From: a virus | Taxonomy: Duplodnaviria > Caudoviricetes | Virus record (IMG/VR): IMGVR_UViG_3300033156_000251 | Span: 1 to 50,623 of that record | Strand: one strand, 5' to 3' | Length of the DNA: 50,623 nt | Shown: positions 37,289-47,186 of the stretch, piece by piece | Position numbering within the stretch: the first letter of the stretch is position 1 | Layout: each line of letters starts with the position of its first letter | Notes under the pieces: model-generated | Databases searched by the model: none | Seen by the model: the letters and a program-made list of their open reading frames with translations, nothing else | What the model was told of the DNA's origin: nothing | Program-made: the position numbers and the translations under genes

Positions 37289-37939
37289 TTAGTTCTCTCG
37301 CATTTGTTTATAATGATTCATAAATACAGGCTTAGGTATGTCCAATGTTAATTCTCGAGTGTAACCACTCGCTTGCATATTAGTGTGGCCAGAATTCCTG
37401 GATTGAACTGCATAGATATATCTGTAAGCCAGCGTGTTGCAGGTTATAGACAAAACATCTTTCAAAACGCCACCTTTGTCGACGAAATTTCTGGTGGTTA
37501 TGTACGCCAACAAATTACTTCCACTGCGTTCCACTACTACATAATAATCTGTATTTGGTTCAGGCCCCGGAGCAAGCCAGCCATCCGACACAAGTTCGCC
37601 ACCAGTCATTGAGAGTATTTTCAATTGTTCAGTGTCATCGTAAGCATGGAATTCCAATTCATCTTTGTCGTTTACGTACATATAATTCCAATCATGTAAT
37701 TCATTTGCCAGTGCCCAGTGAACTACAAAGCCATAGTTTTGTATATCGTGAAACTGCACGATGAAACGATGAGAGAAATCCCCGCTGAAATGATTCACAC
37801 CTTTGTCAGCATAGACGTACGAAGAGACATTCCTGTCCAGACCCGTCCATGTCACTTGTTTAGTTGTACGGGTTATGTCACTACCTGGATCAACTTCTGT
37901 ATAATTATTGAAGTTCTCCACTTTCGTCTCCGATATCAT
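37289..37939 (-). CDS. Lectin/concanavalin-like beta protein (putative virion)
   Basis: Beta-rich with aromatic residues. The start may be the GTG at ~37921. Confidence 0.5.
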   Translation of the reverse strand: MISETKVENFNNYTEVDPGSDITRTTKQVTWTGLDRNVSSYVYADKGVNHFSGDFSHRFIVQFHDIQNYGFVVHWALANELHDWNYMYVNDKDELEFHAYDDTEQLKILSMTGGELVSDGWLAPGPEPNTDYYVVVERSGSNLLAYITTRNFVDKGGVLKDVLSITCNTLAYRYIYAVQSRNSGHTNMQASGYTRELTLDIPKPVFMNHYKQMREN

Positions 37940-38255
37940 CTATATCTACGTTCCACCCAGATTGTGTATACTCTTCTTCTAAAAGTGCTCTGTACTGAGA
38001 CAAAGCCTCGGCCACCATTAACATCTTGGATTTCCAGACACGGTAAAATCTCTCCCAGTCTTCATCTGAAAGCACTGTAGCGTATGCAAATCTAGCTTTC
38101 AACTTCGCAGGCAATTTGCTATATGTCTCTTCGGTTATACCTACTGTCTTCCACTCAGCGAAAATATTATGTAACTTTTTCAATACATTTTGAGCCTTGC
38201 TGAGATATTGATACCTGTTATGATTGGTCGTACATGTCTTTGGAAACTTTATCAT
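37905..38255 (-). CDS. Hypothetical protein
   Basis: ATGA-coupled to the small terminase gene. Confidence 0.6.
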   Translation of the reverse strand: MIKFPKTCTTNHNRYQYLSKAQNVLKKLHNIFAEWKTVGITEETYSKLPAKLKARFAYATVLSDEDWERFYRVWKSKMLMVAEALSQYRALLEEEYTQSGWNVDIDDIGDESGELQ

Positions 38256-38590
38256 TCTCCAAACCTTTCTTTAAGCTTCTGTCTTATTTCCTCGGCGATG
38301 TTGTCATCCATGGAAGATTCAACCAATCCCATTAAACCCTCTATGGCTTTCAATTTAGGCAGCATGTAATTTGCTATATTGCTCATTGCTCCTGGGTCTC
38401 CCCAGGCAGATTCAATCCAGGTCTCCATAAAAGAAGCTTTCTTTTTCTTCTCTACGTTCTCAATTGCTTTACGAAGATCTGCAATGGAGAATTTGTTGGT
38501 GGAGCCCTTAGGACGCCCATTGCCTTTTCGCTTAGGGTCATAACCCTTTTTGAATTGACCTGGTTGTGAGCCGTATCCCTTTCTAGCCAT
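38252..38590 (-). CDS. Terminase small subunit (putative)
   Basis: GQFKKG...GNGRPKGSTNK N-terminus and YMLPKLKAIE; first gene of the packaging operon. Confidence 0.75.
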   Translation of the reverse strand: MARKGYGSQPGQFKKGYDPKRKGNGRPKGSTNKFSIADLRKAIENVEKKKKASFMETWIESAWGDPGAMSNIANYMLPKLKAIEGLMGLVESSMDDNIAEEIRQKLKERFGE

Positions 38591-38778
38591 TCAACTTATA
38601 CTCAATAAACATTTTTTAGCATTTGTTAAATGTATTTTTCAATCCTTATTATATACGCACGCACGCGTTACTTAACTAGAAAAAACTGAGGCATGTCTTA
38701 TCCTAGGTAGTCTATGGTAGTCTTTACTAGCCTATACTACAACACAAAAAAAATTTTTAGCAAAATCTCAAGTAGTTC

Positions 38779-39249
38779 TCAATTTCTCAAGTAATATAGG
38801 CCTAATCCGACTGCGTCCGCTTCATCGGGTTGTGTTATTTCTACCCCCAAATGTTTTTTAATTCTCTTCTGAGTGATGTGCTTCGGAACACTACCTTTCC
38901 ATTTGCGAACAGGTATAAGTTCTACCTGCATGCGTCTACTTACACACATGCTTCTGAGCGTGTAAACAAAACCTGTGAGCTTAAGGACTGAGCCACTGTT
39001 GCTTGCTGCTCTTCCTTTCACACTGCCTATGAAAAGCTCTGGCTCTTCAATAACAACTCTGCTAACATCATATTTCTTACAGAGTGAGATTAGTTCTAGT
39101 GTGATTAAATCCAACCTCTGCAGCCATTTCAGTTCTTTGTTTGTGACAGTCACTACGCCACTTCTGATATATTCACCAGCCACAAACAAAGCCCAACCAG
39201 CTCGTCTTGTTCCAGGATCAATAGCTAATAGTCTATCTTTCATCATCAT
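38779..39249 (-). CDS. RuvC-like Holliday junction resolvase
   Basis: LAIDPG..RAGWA, VVIEEP, DEADA. Confidence 0.88.
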   Translation of the reverse strand: MMMKDRLLAIDPGTRRAGWALFVAGEYIRSGVVTVTNKELKWLQRLDLITLELISLCKKYDVSRVVIEEPELFIGSVKGRAASNSGSVLKLTGFVYTLRSMCVSRRMQVELIPVRKWKGSVPKHITQKRIKKHLGVEITQPDEADAVGLGLYYLRN

Positions 39250-39260
39250 AGACTATAAGA

Positions 39261-39766
39261 CAAAAGTCTTCGTTCGTAAGCAAAAAGTCTTCGTCATAGA
39301 GAGAGACATGATTTTTTAGCCGAAGGCTCAATCAAAGGTAGACTCTCATAAAGTCTTATATATAAAGAACTTACGTAAATTCTCGTAAAGTCTTGCTAGA
39401 TAAGAACTTGTGAGAAGAATCTTTGTTGTACGAAGACTTTTGGTACATTCAGATGACTAAAATCAGACTTTGAGCTATGAGTTAGATAGGGATAGGTATA
39501 GTATAGTAGGATAGATATAGTATATAGACATATTATTATATTATTATATTTATATATTTGATATATTAGTATACCTTAAAAAAGGATGTATAAAAGAGAG
39601 TGAAAAAACCTTCGTTTTCCTTTATTATATATACATCATCCTACACAGACAAGTTTTTTCACGCACATATAAATTCGAAAACCTAAACGCCGTGAAATAT
39701 GTAATTAAGCAATTATAATAAATAAAAATCAAAGAGTCATAAGTCTTTATTCTACAAGCACTTAAC
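39261..39766. other. Divergent intergenic region, candidate origin/regulatory hub
   Basis: AAAAGTCTTCGT at 39262 and 39283 and inverted at 39430; three 29-bp palindromes (39347, 39384, 39738); AT-rich tract at ~39500-39580. Confidence 0.5.
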
Positions 39767-39848
39767 CAGATTTTTCTCACTCAAATATTCATTTTGACTG
39801 CCTTTTTTGAACCAAAATGATATGTTCAAAACAAAAAAGGAACAAATT

Positions 39849-40652
39849 ATGGCCCGTAAACCTACTTATACAGAGAAAGAGTTTAAATCTGCCTACAGAA
39901 AAGCTAAATCTGTTAAAGAGCTAGCAAGTATGTTGAACTTGTCAATACCTGCAGTGAATTATAACCGACAGAAGTATAACCTGAGCTATGGTAAACCAGG
40001 TAGACCAATTTCTAAAGCTAGCAAGAAATTTAGTTTCAAGTTAGCCAGGAGCTACACTCTAGACACTACTCAGCTTGAATTAGCTCAGCGGTTTGATATA
40101 ACCACTCAGACCGTACGTAACCATTTAAGTAAGTTTATCTATCGTCCTAAGGAATATAGGCTATATCCAAAGCTACCTGTGCCTGAAAAGATATCAGATA
40201 TTCCTTACTTGCACAGACTTGCCAAAGATTTGAAGAATCCCAAAATATCTCGAAAGAAAGCTTATCAGAGATACCAATCTGCTCATACTCTCACCTACGA
40301 AATAGCTCATAGATACATGTATGATACTTCTTTACGGGATTTAGCTAGGCATTTCCACAAGTTGATTCCAGTCATCAAAAAACACCTAGAGAAGTTTGTG
40401 CTCTATCCTCAGGAATATAACCTTCTGAAAGACAAAACAATAAAATACAGAGGCAAGACTTATTCTAAGCTACCACCTCCACGCCGCATAGAGCACATCA
40501 AAGTCATAAACCTTTTAATAGCAGACCCGGAAGCCATTGAAAGACCTACTAAGTTGCTTAACCCTAAGCTGCCTGGAATATCACGCAAACTAGTGACTGA
40601 CTATTTCACTCAGGGTAAAAGAACGCTGGAGGAATACGAGGGAATCAAATGA
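39849..40652 (+). CDS. Basic protein with repeated HTH-like units
   Basis: SVKELASML, QLELAQRFDITTQTVRNHL and SLRDLARHF...KHL. AAGGA RBS before ATG 39849. Confidence 0.6.
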   Translation: MARKPTYTEKEFKSAYRKAKSVKELASMLNLSIPAVNYNRQKYNLSYGKPGRPISKASKKFSFKLARSYTLDTTQLELAQRFDITTQTVRNHLSKFIYRPKEYRLYPKLPVPEKISDIPYLHRLAKDLKNPKISRKKAYQRYQSAHTLTYEIAHRYMYDTSLRDLARHFHKLIPVIKKHLEKFVLYPQEYNLLKDKTIKYRGKTYSKLPPPRRIEHIKVINLLIADPEAIERPTKLLNPKLPGISRKLVTDYFTQGKRTLEEYEGIK

Positions 40653-40840
40653 TGATGGAGGATTACCAGTTCACAATTTATGTTTACGAATGCGGTAATT
40701 GTGGCCATAGAATCGCTCAAGAAGAATATGAGCAAATGATTTATAGGGATATTGAATGTCCAACATGCGGTCAACGTTTGATATCTGACTATATCCCAAT
40801 ATATATGAATGTAGATTTTGGTGATAGTGAATTAAAATGA
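40649..40840 (+). CDS. Zn-ribbon protein
   Basis: YECGNCG...CPTCG. Confidence 0.65.
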   Translation: MMMEDYQFTIYVYECGNCGHRIAQEEYEQMIYRDIECPTCGQRLISDYIPIYMNVDFGDSELK

Positions 40841-40879
40841 GTGGAAATCCAATGAAATGAGTTTAAGGGTGTATCAAAA

Positions 40880-41179
40880 ATGGAAAAGTTAAAATCAATT
40901 CTAATCGGTCTGGTTATAACGATCTTGATAGGATTTGGGACACAACAAATCGCTAAGCGGCAAATGAAGCACGAGGCTGAAATTAAAAAACTGAAGCAGC
41001 AGTTGTGTGAAGCACAGGACTATGTACCCAGCATCAAAGAGCTGCAACAGAGACTATGCAATGCCGGATATCCCGTCAAGGTGGATGGTATTTGGGGCAG
41101 AGAAACAGAAGAAGCGCTAAAGAGGTGTGTATGTGACAGGTACGCAAGAGAGTATTTTGAAGACGAAAGGAGCAGGTAA
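40880..41179 (+). CDS. Membrane-anchored peptidoglycan-binding-domain protein
   Basis: N-terminal TM helix, coiled coil, then IKELQQRL...GY...VDGIWGRETEEAL (PG_binding_1-like). No catalytic domain. Confidence 0.75.
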   Translation: MEKLKSILIGLVITILIGFGTQQIAKRQMKHEAEIKKLKQQLCEAQDYVPSIKELQQRLCNAGYPVKVDGIWGRETEEALKRCVCDRYAREYFEDERSR

Positions 41180-41180
41180 A

Positions 41181-41417
41181 ATGATAGAAGCAGTTGAAGT
41201 ACATGAAACACAAATCACAAAACCAGTCAGCGTAGTATTGCACGAGTACAATCATGATATAAAGACTCGTGTTATGTTGGAACACCCTGTGTTGACAGGT
41301 ATGTGGTTTGGGATTGGTTTGGCACTGTCAGGGATTGCATTAGTAATTCTCTGCTGGGCGATAGGATTACTTTTGACAATCATAGGTTATACTACAGTTT
41401 CAAATTTAATGCAGTAA
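41181..41417 (+). CDS. Small membrane protein
   Basis: AAGGAG RBS and a long C-terminal hydrophobic stretch. Confidence 0.65.
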   Translation: MIEAVEVHETQITKPVSVVLHEYNHDIKTRVMLEHPVLTGMWFGIGLALSGIALVILCWAIGLLLTIIGYTTVSNLMQ

Positions 41418-41428
41418 AGGAGGACAGA

Positions 41429-41635
41429 ATGTATATCGCAAAAGTGACAGAATTTCCAACGTGTGATATCTGCGGACAGAAAGATGCGGTTGTCGATGGC
41501 AAGACAACCTTCGGCAGTTGGGCCTACATGTGCGATGACTGCTTCAAAGCATATGGCAGAGGATTAGGTATAGGAAAGGGACAAATACTAGTTTTAGAAA
41601 GAGAACAAGATTATGATGGAAAGACAGGCAATTAA
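41429..41635 (+). CDS. Small Zn-binding protein
   Basis: AGGAGG RBS; CDICG...DGKT..G.WAYMCDDC...GLG.GKGQ. Confidence 0.75.
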   Translation: MYIAKVTEFPTCDICGQKDAVVDGKTTFGSWAYMCDDCFKAYGRGLGIGKGQILVLEREQDYDGKTGN

Positions 41636-41816
41636 AAAGTGTCACTTAATGAAAGACACAACTATAACAGAAGACAGGAAGCTCAGACTGCATTCTATTT
41701 CTTGCCCAGTTATTAAGTGGAAGTACGGCACACCAGCAAAGGAAATGCAATACTTTGTGTATCTTGAGGGTGTGGAAAATCTTACTACAATTCAATTGAG
41801 TATTAACGGTGAATAA
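41613..41816 (+). CDS. Hypothetical protein
   Basis: Fits the operon tiling. Confidence 0.5.
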   Translation: MMERQAIKKCHLMKDTTITEDRKLRLHSISCPVIKWKYGTPAKEMQYFVYLEGVENLTTIQLSINGE

Positions 41817-41836
41817 GAATATGGAAAGGATAAGCC

Positions 41837-42676
41837 ATGTGCAGACCAGCGTCAATGATAGCTACGAAAGACAAGATTTTCTGGAGTAAAACAAATGAGA
41901 GCCATACAGACATCATTGAAGAATTCGGCCTGAGAGAGCAAGATGTACGAGGTGAGTTTTTGATTGTACCTATTGAAATTAAGCCGCCAGAGGGAGACAT
42001 GCTCCGGCCCTTGGATGAATGGGTCTATTCGATAGATATGGGTAGCTTCAAACGAGATTGTATACCTTCTTGGTATGATGAGGAGAAGGTAGAAAGGCGG
42101 GCAAGGACTGAGTTAGAGGAGTGGTTTAAGCAAAAAGTTATCCCACCAGGTAAGAGTCGAACAGTCAAGTACGCTAATGCTTATTGTTATGGTGCAGTAA
42201 AAGCTGAGATGGGTTCAGTTGTAGAAGTCCGAGGTGAAGGTGAAGCTGTGGCCTGTGACAATAGTGTTATTGATGTATATGAGAAAGGCTCTGTGTTAGG
42301 ACGGGACCATTGCCTAATCGCCTCATATAACAATACCTTTGTCAATGCCTATGATGATGCTTATGTATGCGCCTTTGATGATAGCACTGTCAGTTCCTTT
42401 GGTAACAATCTTATTGATGCTTATGATCATAGTATGATTGAAGCTTTCAACAATAGCATTGTTCGAGCTCATCATTATAGCTTGGTTAAAACACACGACA
42501 ACGCAATTGTACGAGCTGAGTATGGTTCAAAAGTTATAGCTCACGATGACAGCGTTGTAATGGCTCACTTTGATAGCCAGGTCACCGGTCACGATAGAAG
42601 CATAATCATAGGCTATGCTGATATACCAAACAAGAAAATCCTTTCTAAGGAAGCCTTACTAGTAGATAGAAGTTAA
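41837..42676 (+). CDS. Protein with 8-aa beta-helix repeats
   Basis: Repeated A.D.S.V-type units in the C-terminal half. Confidence 0.7.
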   Translation: MCRPASMIATKDKIFWSKTNESHTDIIEEFGLREQDVRGEFLIVPIEIKPPEGDMLRPLDEWVYSIDMGSFKRDCIPSWYDEEKVERRARTELEEWFKQKVIPPGKSRTVKYANAYCYGAVKAEMGSVVEVRGEGEAVACDNSVIDVYEKGSVLGRDHCLIASYNNTFVNAYDDAYVCAFDDSTVSSFGNNLIDAYDHSMIEAFNNSIVRAHHYSLVKTHDNAIVRAEYGSKVIAHDDSVVMAHFDSQVTGHDRSIIIGYADIPNKKILSKEALLVDRS

Positions 42677-42688
42677 GGGGGTTGTGTT

Positions 42689-42895
42689 ATGGAAAGACAA
42701 GAATATTACATGCTAAAAAATCTCAAAACAAATCTGTATTTTGGAGGTTTCTCTAAGGAAGTACGAAATAAACCTATATGGGTCTCTGAGCCAACCGAAG
42801 CTAAGGTTTTTAAAGAGATGGAAGCTTTGCGTATGCAGCGACGTTTAGAGTGTCAGTATTTGCCTTATCAAAAGATAGTCATGGAGGAGAAATGA
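42689..42895 (+). CDS. Hypothetical protein
   Basis: GGGGG RBS and operon tiling. Confidence 0.6.
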   Translation: MERQEYYMLKNLKTNLYFGGFSKEVRNKPIWVSEPTEAKVFKEMEALRMQRRLECQYLPYQKIVMEEK

Positions 42896-43440
42896 GTAGG
42901 CGCTACAGGGTAATTTACGCTGACCCACCTTGGAAACACCTGGGTAGATATCGTTCAGCAACTAAATCTAGAGATCCAATTTATTATCCTAGGATGTCCA
43001 CTAAGGAGATATGTGACTTACCTGTTAAAGAATTAGCTGATAAACCCTCTGTGTTGTTTTTATGGGTTACAGATGGTAAACTAGATAAAGCCATGCGCGT
43101 TATAAGAAGTTGGGGTTTTAAGTATAAGACTGTGGCTTTTGTCTGGTTAAAACTTTCAGCTAAATCTCTAAGGCCTGTTAAAATAGTTTCTCCTTGGTTC
43201 ATGAAGTCTACGGAGATATGCTTATTAGGTGTTAAAGGCAAAGTACATCCTCATAGACTAACTACAGTGGATCAATTAGTTATAGCTCCTCGAACGAGAC
43301 ATTCTGAAAAGCCTCATCAAGTCAGACAGCGTATAGAGCTTATGTTTCCTACATCCTCCAAGATAGAACTATTTGCTCGTAAGAAGTATCCAGGTTGGGA
43401 TGCATGGGGAAACGAAGTAGAAAGTGATATAGAATTATGA
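42892..43440 (+). CDS. MT-A70 family adenine methyltransferase
   Basis: IYADPPW, LFLW, WGF.YKT..FVW.K, HSEKP, IELFAR and WGNE. GGAGG RBS before ATG 42892. Confidence 0.92.
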   Translation: MSRRYRVIYADPPWKHLGRYRSATKSRDPIYYPRMSTKEICDLPVKELADKPSVLFLWVTDGKLDKAMRVIRSWGFKYKTVAFVWLKLSAKSLRPVKIVSPWFMKSTEICLLGVKGKVHPHRLTTVDQLVIAPRTRHSEKPHQVRQRIELMFPTSSKIELFARKKYPGWDAWGNEVESDIEL

Positions 43441-44834
43441 CTAACCGAACTCTTATGCCTCATCAACAAAAAGCTTTAGACTTTTTACATGAGCGTAATG
43501 GTCAAGCTGCTTTGTTTTTAGCCTGCGGTACAGGCAAAACCCTAATAGCCATACGCTTCATTCTAGAGCATAATCTACTGCCTGCTCTTATTCTTTGCCG
43601 CAGGGATGATTATTATACCTGGCAACAAGAATTAGCCTCAGAGGGTATATCCGAAAGCAATATTCAATTTATACACTCGAGTCTGCAAGAGCTGGTTCCA
43701 CACCCTGTCTGGACTCTATGTACCTATGATTTGGTACGTAATAAACGCATCTACACCTACATACGAAACTACCAGTGGAGATGTACTGTAGCTGATGAAT
43801 CCCATACCATAAAGCGTTGGCGAGCTCAACGAACAAAAATGACTATACACGCTACTAGACACATACCTTGTCGTATAGCTATGACAGGTACGCCTATTAC
43901 TAATGACCCCGGGGATGTCTTTACCCAATGCTTATTTGTAGATGATGGTAGACTTTTTGGTTCTAACTACTGGAACTTCCGTAGCACATACTATGTACAA
44001 TCAGGCCCAGGGTGGTATTTACGCCACAATGCTAAACGCATTATTGTTAATAAACTACAATCTCTAGCTTATCATGTTGATGTAGACGATGTACTTAACC
44101 TTCCACCAGTAAGGCATTTTGTCAAAGCCGTACCCATGTCAGGCCAACAACGTAGATATTGTAAAAAAATACTAGAAGAGTGGGAACTAGAGCTACCAAA
44201 CTACGAGGTCATTGAAATCAATCAAGTGGTAGCACAACTCACTAAACTGCGTCAAGTGGCTAGTGGTTTTGTGTATAACAAAAAACATAAGCCCGTCTGG
44301 TTAAAGTCACCAAAGTTGAAACTACTGAAAGAACTACTTATTTCAGAGGACTATTTTGGTTCTAAAAAGAAGATTGTTATTTGGTGCTCGCATACTGCCG
44401 AGATACGTCAAATTTATAGACTTGTCACTAGGGAGCTTAATCAACAGGCCATGTTGTTTACAAGCTCTGTAGGTTCCAAAAACAAATTACGAGCAAGACA
44501 AATGTTCCTAAAAGAAGACTCAATTAGGTTTTTTATTGGTCAAGTAGATAGTGGAGTAGGCATGAATGAACTTGCAGTTTCAGACACAGCTATTTACTTT
44601 AGCAATTCTTTCAAGGTAGCTTCTCGTCAACAGTCAGAGGCTCGTATAAGACGTAGAGGCTCAGAGAAACATAAAGCCATTACTTACGTTGACCTTGTCT
44701 GTGAAGGAAGTATAGACGAGCATATATTAAAAAGCTTACAGGCTCACAGGAATATAGCTAACTATATATTATCTCGGCTGCGTGAGAAACGGCGAATCTC
44801 AACTATATTTCAAAAAGATGTTTATGCGAAGTAA
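43437..44834 (+). CDS. SNF2-like superfamily 2 helicase
   Basis: CGTGKT, ADESH, MTGTP and QSEARIRR. Confidence 0.9.
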   Translation: MTNRTLMPHQQKALDFLHERNGQAALFLACGTGKTLIAIRFILEHNLLPALILCRRDDYYTWQQELASEGISESNIQFIHSSLQELVPHPVWTLCTYDLVRNKRIYTYIRNYQWRCTVADESHTIKRWRAQRTKMTIHATRHIPCRIAMTGTPITNDPGDVFTQCLFVDDGRLFGSNYWNFRSTYYVQSGPGWYLRHNAKRIIVNKLQSLAYHVDVDDVLNLPPVRHFVKAVPMSGQQRRYCKKILEEWELELPNYEVIEINQVVAQLTKLRQVASGFVYNKKHKPVWLKSPKLKLLKELLISEDYFGSKKKIVIWCSHTAEIRQIYRLVTRELNQQAMLFTSSVGSKNKLRARQMFLKEDSIRFFIGQVDSGVGMNELAVSDTAIYFSNSFKVASRQQSEARIRRRGSEKHKAITYVDLVCEGSIDEHILKSLQAHRNIANYILSRLREKRRISTIFQKDVYAK

Positions 44835-44841
44835 ACTTTTA

Positions 44842-44850
44842 TGTTATGAT
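44842..44850 (+). promoter_or_regulatory. Extended -10 element (TGnTATGAT)
   Basis: About 40 bp upstream of the 44892 gene, which carries the shared RBS motif. Confidence 0.4.
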
Positions 44851-44891
44851 CCAAAATTAAAAAATAGTCTTAACAAGAAAGGAGCAACGCA

Positions 44892-45311
44892 ATGGAAACT
44901 TCAAAGCTAAGAGAGCAGCTAAGCAACATTCAGAAACTGCTAGAAGAGAAGGAAGAGCTTGAAGCCCGCTTACAGAAGGTCTCCAAAGAGGTTGAGGACT
45001 TATTAAAGAAACTTCTACCTAAGCCTAAACCTAAACGCGGGTTAGCCCATTCTCTTGACTACTATCTAATCAGAGCAATGGCTCCAGGAGCACATATGAC
45101 CCCCTCGGAAATAGCAGCTAAAGTAGTTGAGTTGGGTTATCCTTCAAGTAACAAATCACTCGCGTCTTATATACAAACATATATAACAAAGAAGAGGAAG
45201 GATATTGTAAAAGTAAGACATGGAGTTTATATGCGTAGGGACAACAGAAATCTAGTTCAAATTCACCAACTCAACAATAAGGAATTTAATTATGAAAAAG
45301 CTAATTGTTGA
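44892..45311 (+). CDS. Coiled-coil + winged-helix DNA-binding protein (putative)
   Basis: N-terminal heptads, then MTPSEIAAKVVELGY...IVKVRHGVY. Preceded by the shared RBS motif. Confidence 0.7.
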   Translation: METSKLREQLSNIQKLLEEKEELEARLQKVSKEVEDLLKKLLPKPKPKRGLAHSLDYYLIRAMAPGAHMTPSEIAAKVVELGYPSSNKSLASYIQTYITKKRKDIVKVRHGVYMRRDNRNLVQIHQLNNKEFNYEKANC

Positions 45312-46254
45312 CAACCCATTTCAAGACCCTGTTATACCAAAGAGGACTTCCTGGTCATACTCTTCTCTGAAGTTATTCAGGAAGTGTAAAAGAAAATTCT
45401 ACTGGCAGTACATATTACGCTTATCTCCCAGAAGAGAACCAAGTGCATTGGTTATTAGTAGCGCCATACACGAAGCCTTAGCCAAATGGTATTCATCAAA
45501 AAGAGCTTCCATGAAAAGAATATCTGCCAACATTATTACTACTGTTCAAAAAAAGGCTGAAGAAAATATCAATTTCTACGATCAAGATGAGTATGATGAT
45601 CTTATTGTCACACTCAATACTCTTCAGGGTATACTCACTGCCTATGCAGAATTGTATGCTGATGATAGTCAACTTTGGAAACTTACAAAGAAGAATGTAG
45701 AAACTTGGTTTAGTGTTAATCTCGGGCCCTTCGATTTTAAGGGTCGCATAGATTTATTGCCCACAGTTAAGGGTAAGCTTCTTGTTGTGGATCATAAGAT
45801 TGTAAGCCGTATAGGTGAATCATATGTAGAAAGGCTCCCATTGGATGGCCAACTGCGAGGCTATATTCTGGGTGTATCACCTAAAAGAAAAGTTTCAAAG
45901 GTGGTTTACAACTTGATACGTAAATGCAAACTCCGGCAGAAATCACAAGAATCACTTAAGGAGTTTACTGAGAGAATTCGACGAGATTATTTAAATCGTC
46001 CAGACTTTTACTTTCAACGAGAGACGCTAAGGTTTTCTAAGAGTGATGTAGAAGCTTTTGAGTATGATTTACGAAAAACACATGCAGAGTTTGCTTGGCT
46101 GGTTAATCACTCTATCGACCCACTTGACCCTAGAGATTGGCCCTGCAATGACGCTATGTGTGATGAGTACTTTAGGACATGCGAGTACTTTCCTCTTTGC
46201 ACACAAGGTCTAGATCGTGGTACAGCCAGATTATATACACAGTACAACAAGTAA
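45292..46254 (+). CDS. PD-(D/E)XK RecB/Cas4-like exonuclease
   Basis: SYSSL..F..C, GRIDL, VVDHK, QL..Y, and a C-terminal Cys cluster. Confidence 0.88.
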   Translation: MKKLIVDNPFQDPVIPKRTSWSYSSLKLFRKCKRKFYWQYILRLSPRREPSALVISSAIHEALAKWYSSKRASMKRISANIITTVQKKAEENINFYDQDEYDDLIVTLNTLQGILTAYAELYADDSQLWKLTKKNVETWFSVNLGPFDFKGRIDLLPTVKGKLLVVDHKIVSRIGESYVERLPLDGQLRGYILGVSPKRKVSKVVYNLIRKCKLRQKSQESLKEFTERIRRDYLNRPDFYFQRETLRFSKSDVEAFEYDLRKTHAEFAWLVNHSIDPLDPRDWPCNDAMCDEYFRTCEYFPLCTQGLDRGTARLYTQYNK

Positions 46255-46286
46255 TGTTTAAGTTAAAGAAAGGTGACTTTTCAAAA

Positions 46287-47044
46287 TGATAAAGAAGAAA
46301 TCAAAAAAGAAAATCAAAACCACGTTGGCTCTACCAACCAAAAAATCAGTGGTGGCTCAAACCATACGAGACTACATCATTATGATTTACGGGCCTCCAG
46401 GAATTGGTAAAACTACATTTGTTAATGACTTGTCAGACAAAGTATTGTTCATTTCTACAGACCGCGGCACACGATATATGTCGGCTCTGAGGCACGAAGT
46501 GTCTAATTACAGAGAACTTGATAAAGTACTATCTGCTCTTGAACAAAGAGGAGCGCAGAGTTATGACATTATCTGTTTAGACCATATTGATGACATATGT
46601 ACTATGGTAGAAGATTATACCTGCGAGCAACTAGGGATTGACGCTCTCGGAGATATAGGCTATGCTAAAGGTTGGAAGATGTACAAGAGAGGTATTTGGT
46701 CTATTCTACAGCGTCTGTTAAGGCTAAACAGAGGCATAGCACTTATCGCTCATGAGTCTATTAAGACAATTCGTACTCGTGTGGTTGAAACTGAACGAAC
46801 TATGCCCGACATAGGAAAGTCAGCCTGGAAAGTACTTGTGCCTGCATGTGACCTAGTGGGTTATTGTGGCTTCAAGGTGGTTAAGAAGAACGGCAAACGA
46901 AAACAAGTACGTGTTATACGAACATCCCCTTTGGAGTCCATCTACGCGAAGGACCGAACTACTCGCAATAAACCTGAGGAAGGTTATGAGTTATTAAACG
47001 GTAAGCAATTTGCCAAAAGTTTCATTAAAAAGAAAGGAGTTTAG
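46287..47044 (+). CDS. AAA_24/Sak4-like ATPase (recombinase)
   Basis: IYGPPGIGKTT, ICLD, LIAHE and AKDR. Confidence 0.85.
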
Positions 47045-47048
47045 TTTT

Positions 47049-47186
47049 ATGTGTAGGATACTTAAAAGTGACAGCCTTGGAAAGGAGGATGAAGATGAAG
47101 GATATGAAGAGGATGGGGGAGATACAAGACTAGGCAGATTAGGTTTGTTGGATGAAGAAAATGATAATGAAAATTCAAGAAAGTAA
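47049..47186 (+). CDS. 45-aa acidic peptide (not in the ORF track)
   Basis: AAGGAG RBS; MCRILKSDSLGKEDEDEGYEEDGG...*. Confidence 0.45.
   Translation: MCRILKSDSLGKEDEDEGYEEDGGDTRLGRLGLLDEENDNENSRK

Noticed and set aside
12590-38080. Numerous + strand ORFs in the track across the structural region (and - strand ORFs in the + regions)
   Set aside because: They are antisense shadows of well-supported genes, with no RBS or motifs.
41837-42676. Repeat protein as a diversity-generating retroelement target
   Set aside because: No reverse transcriptase and no template/variable repeat pair seen; the repeats are degenerate at the DNA level.
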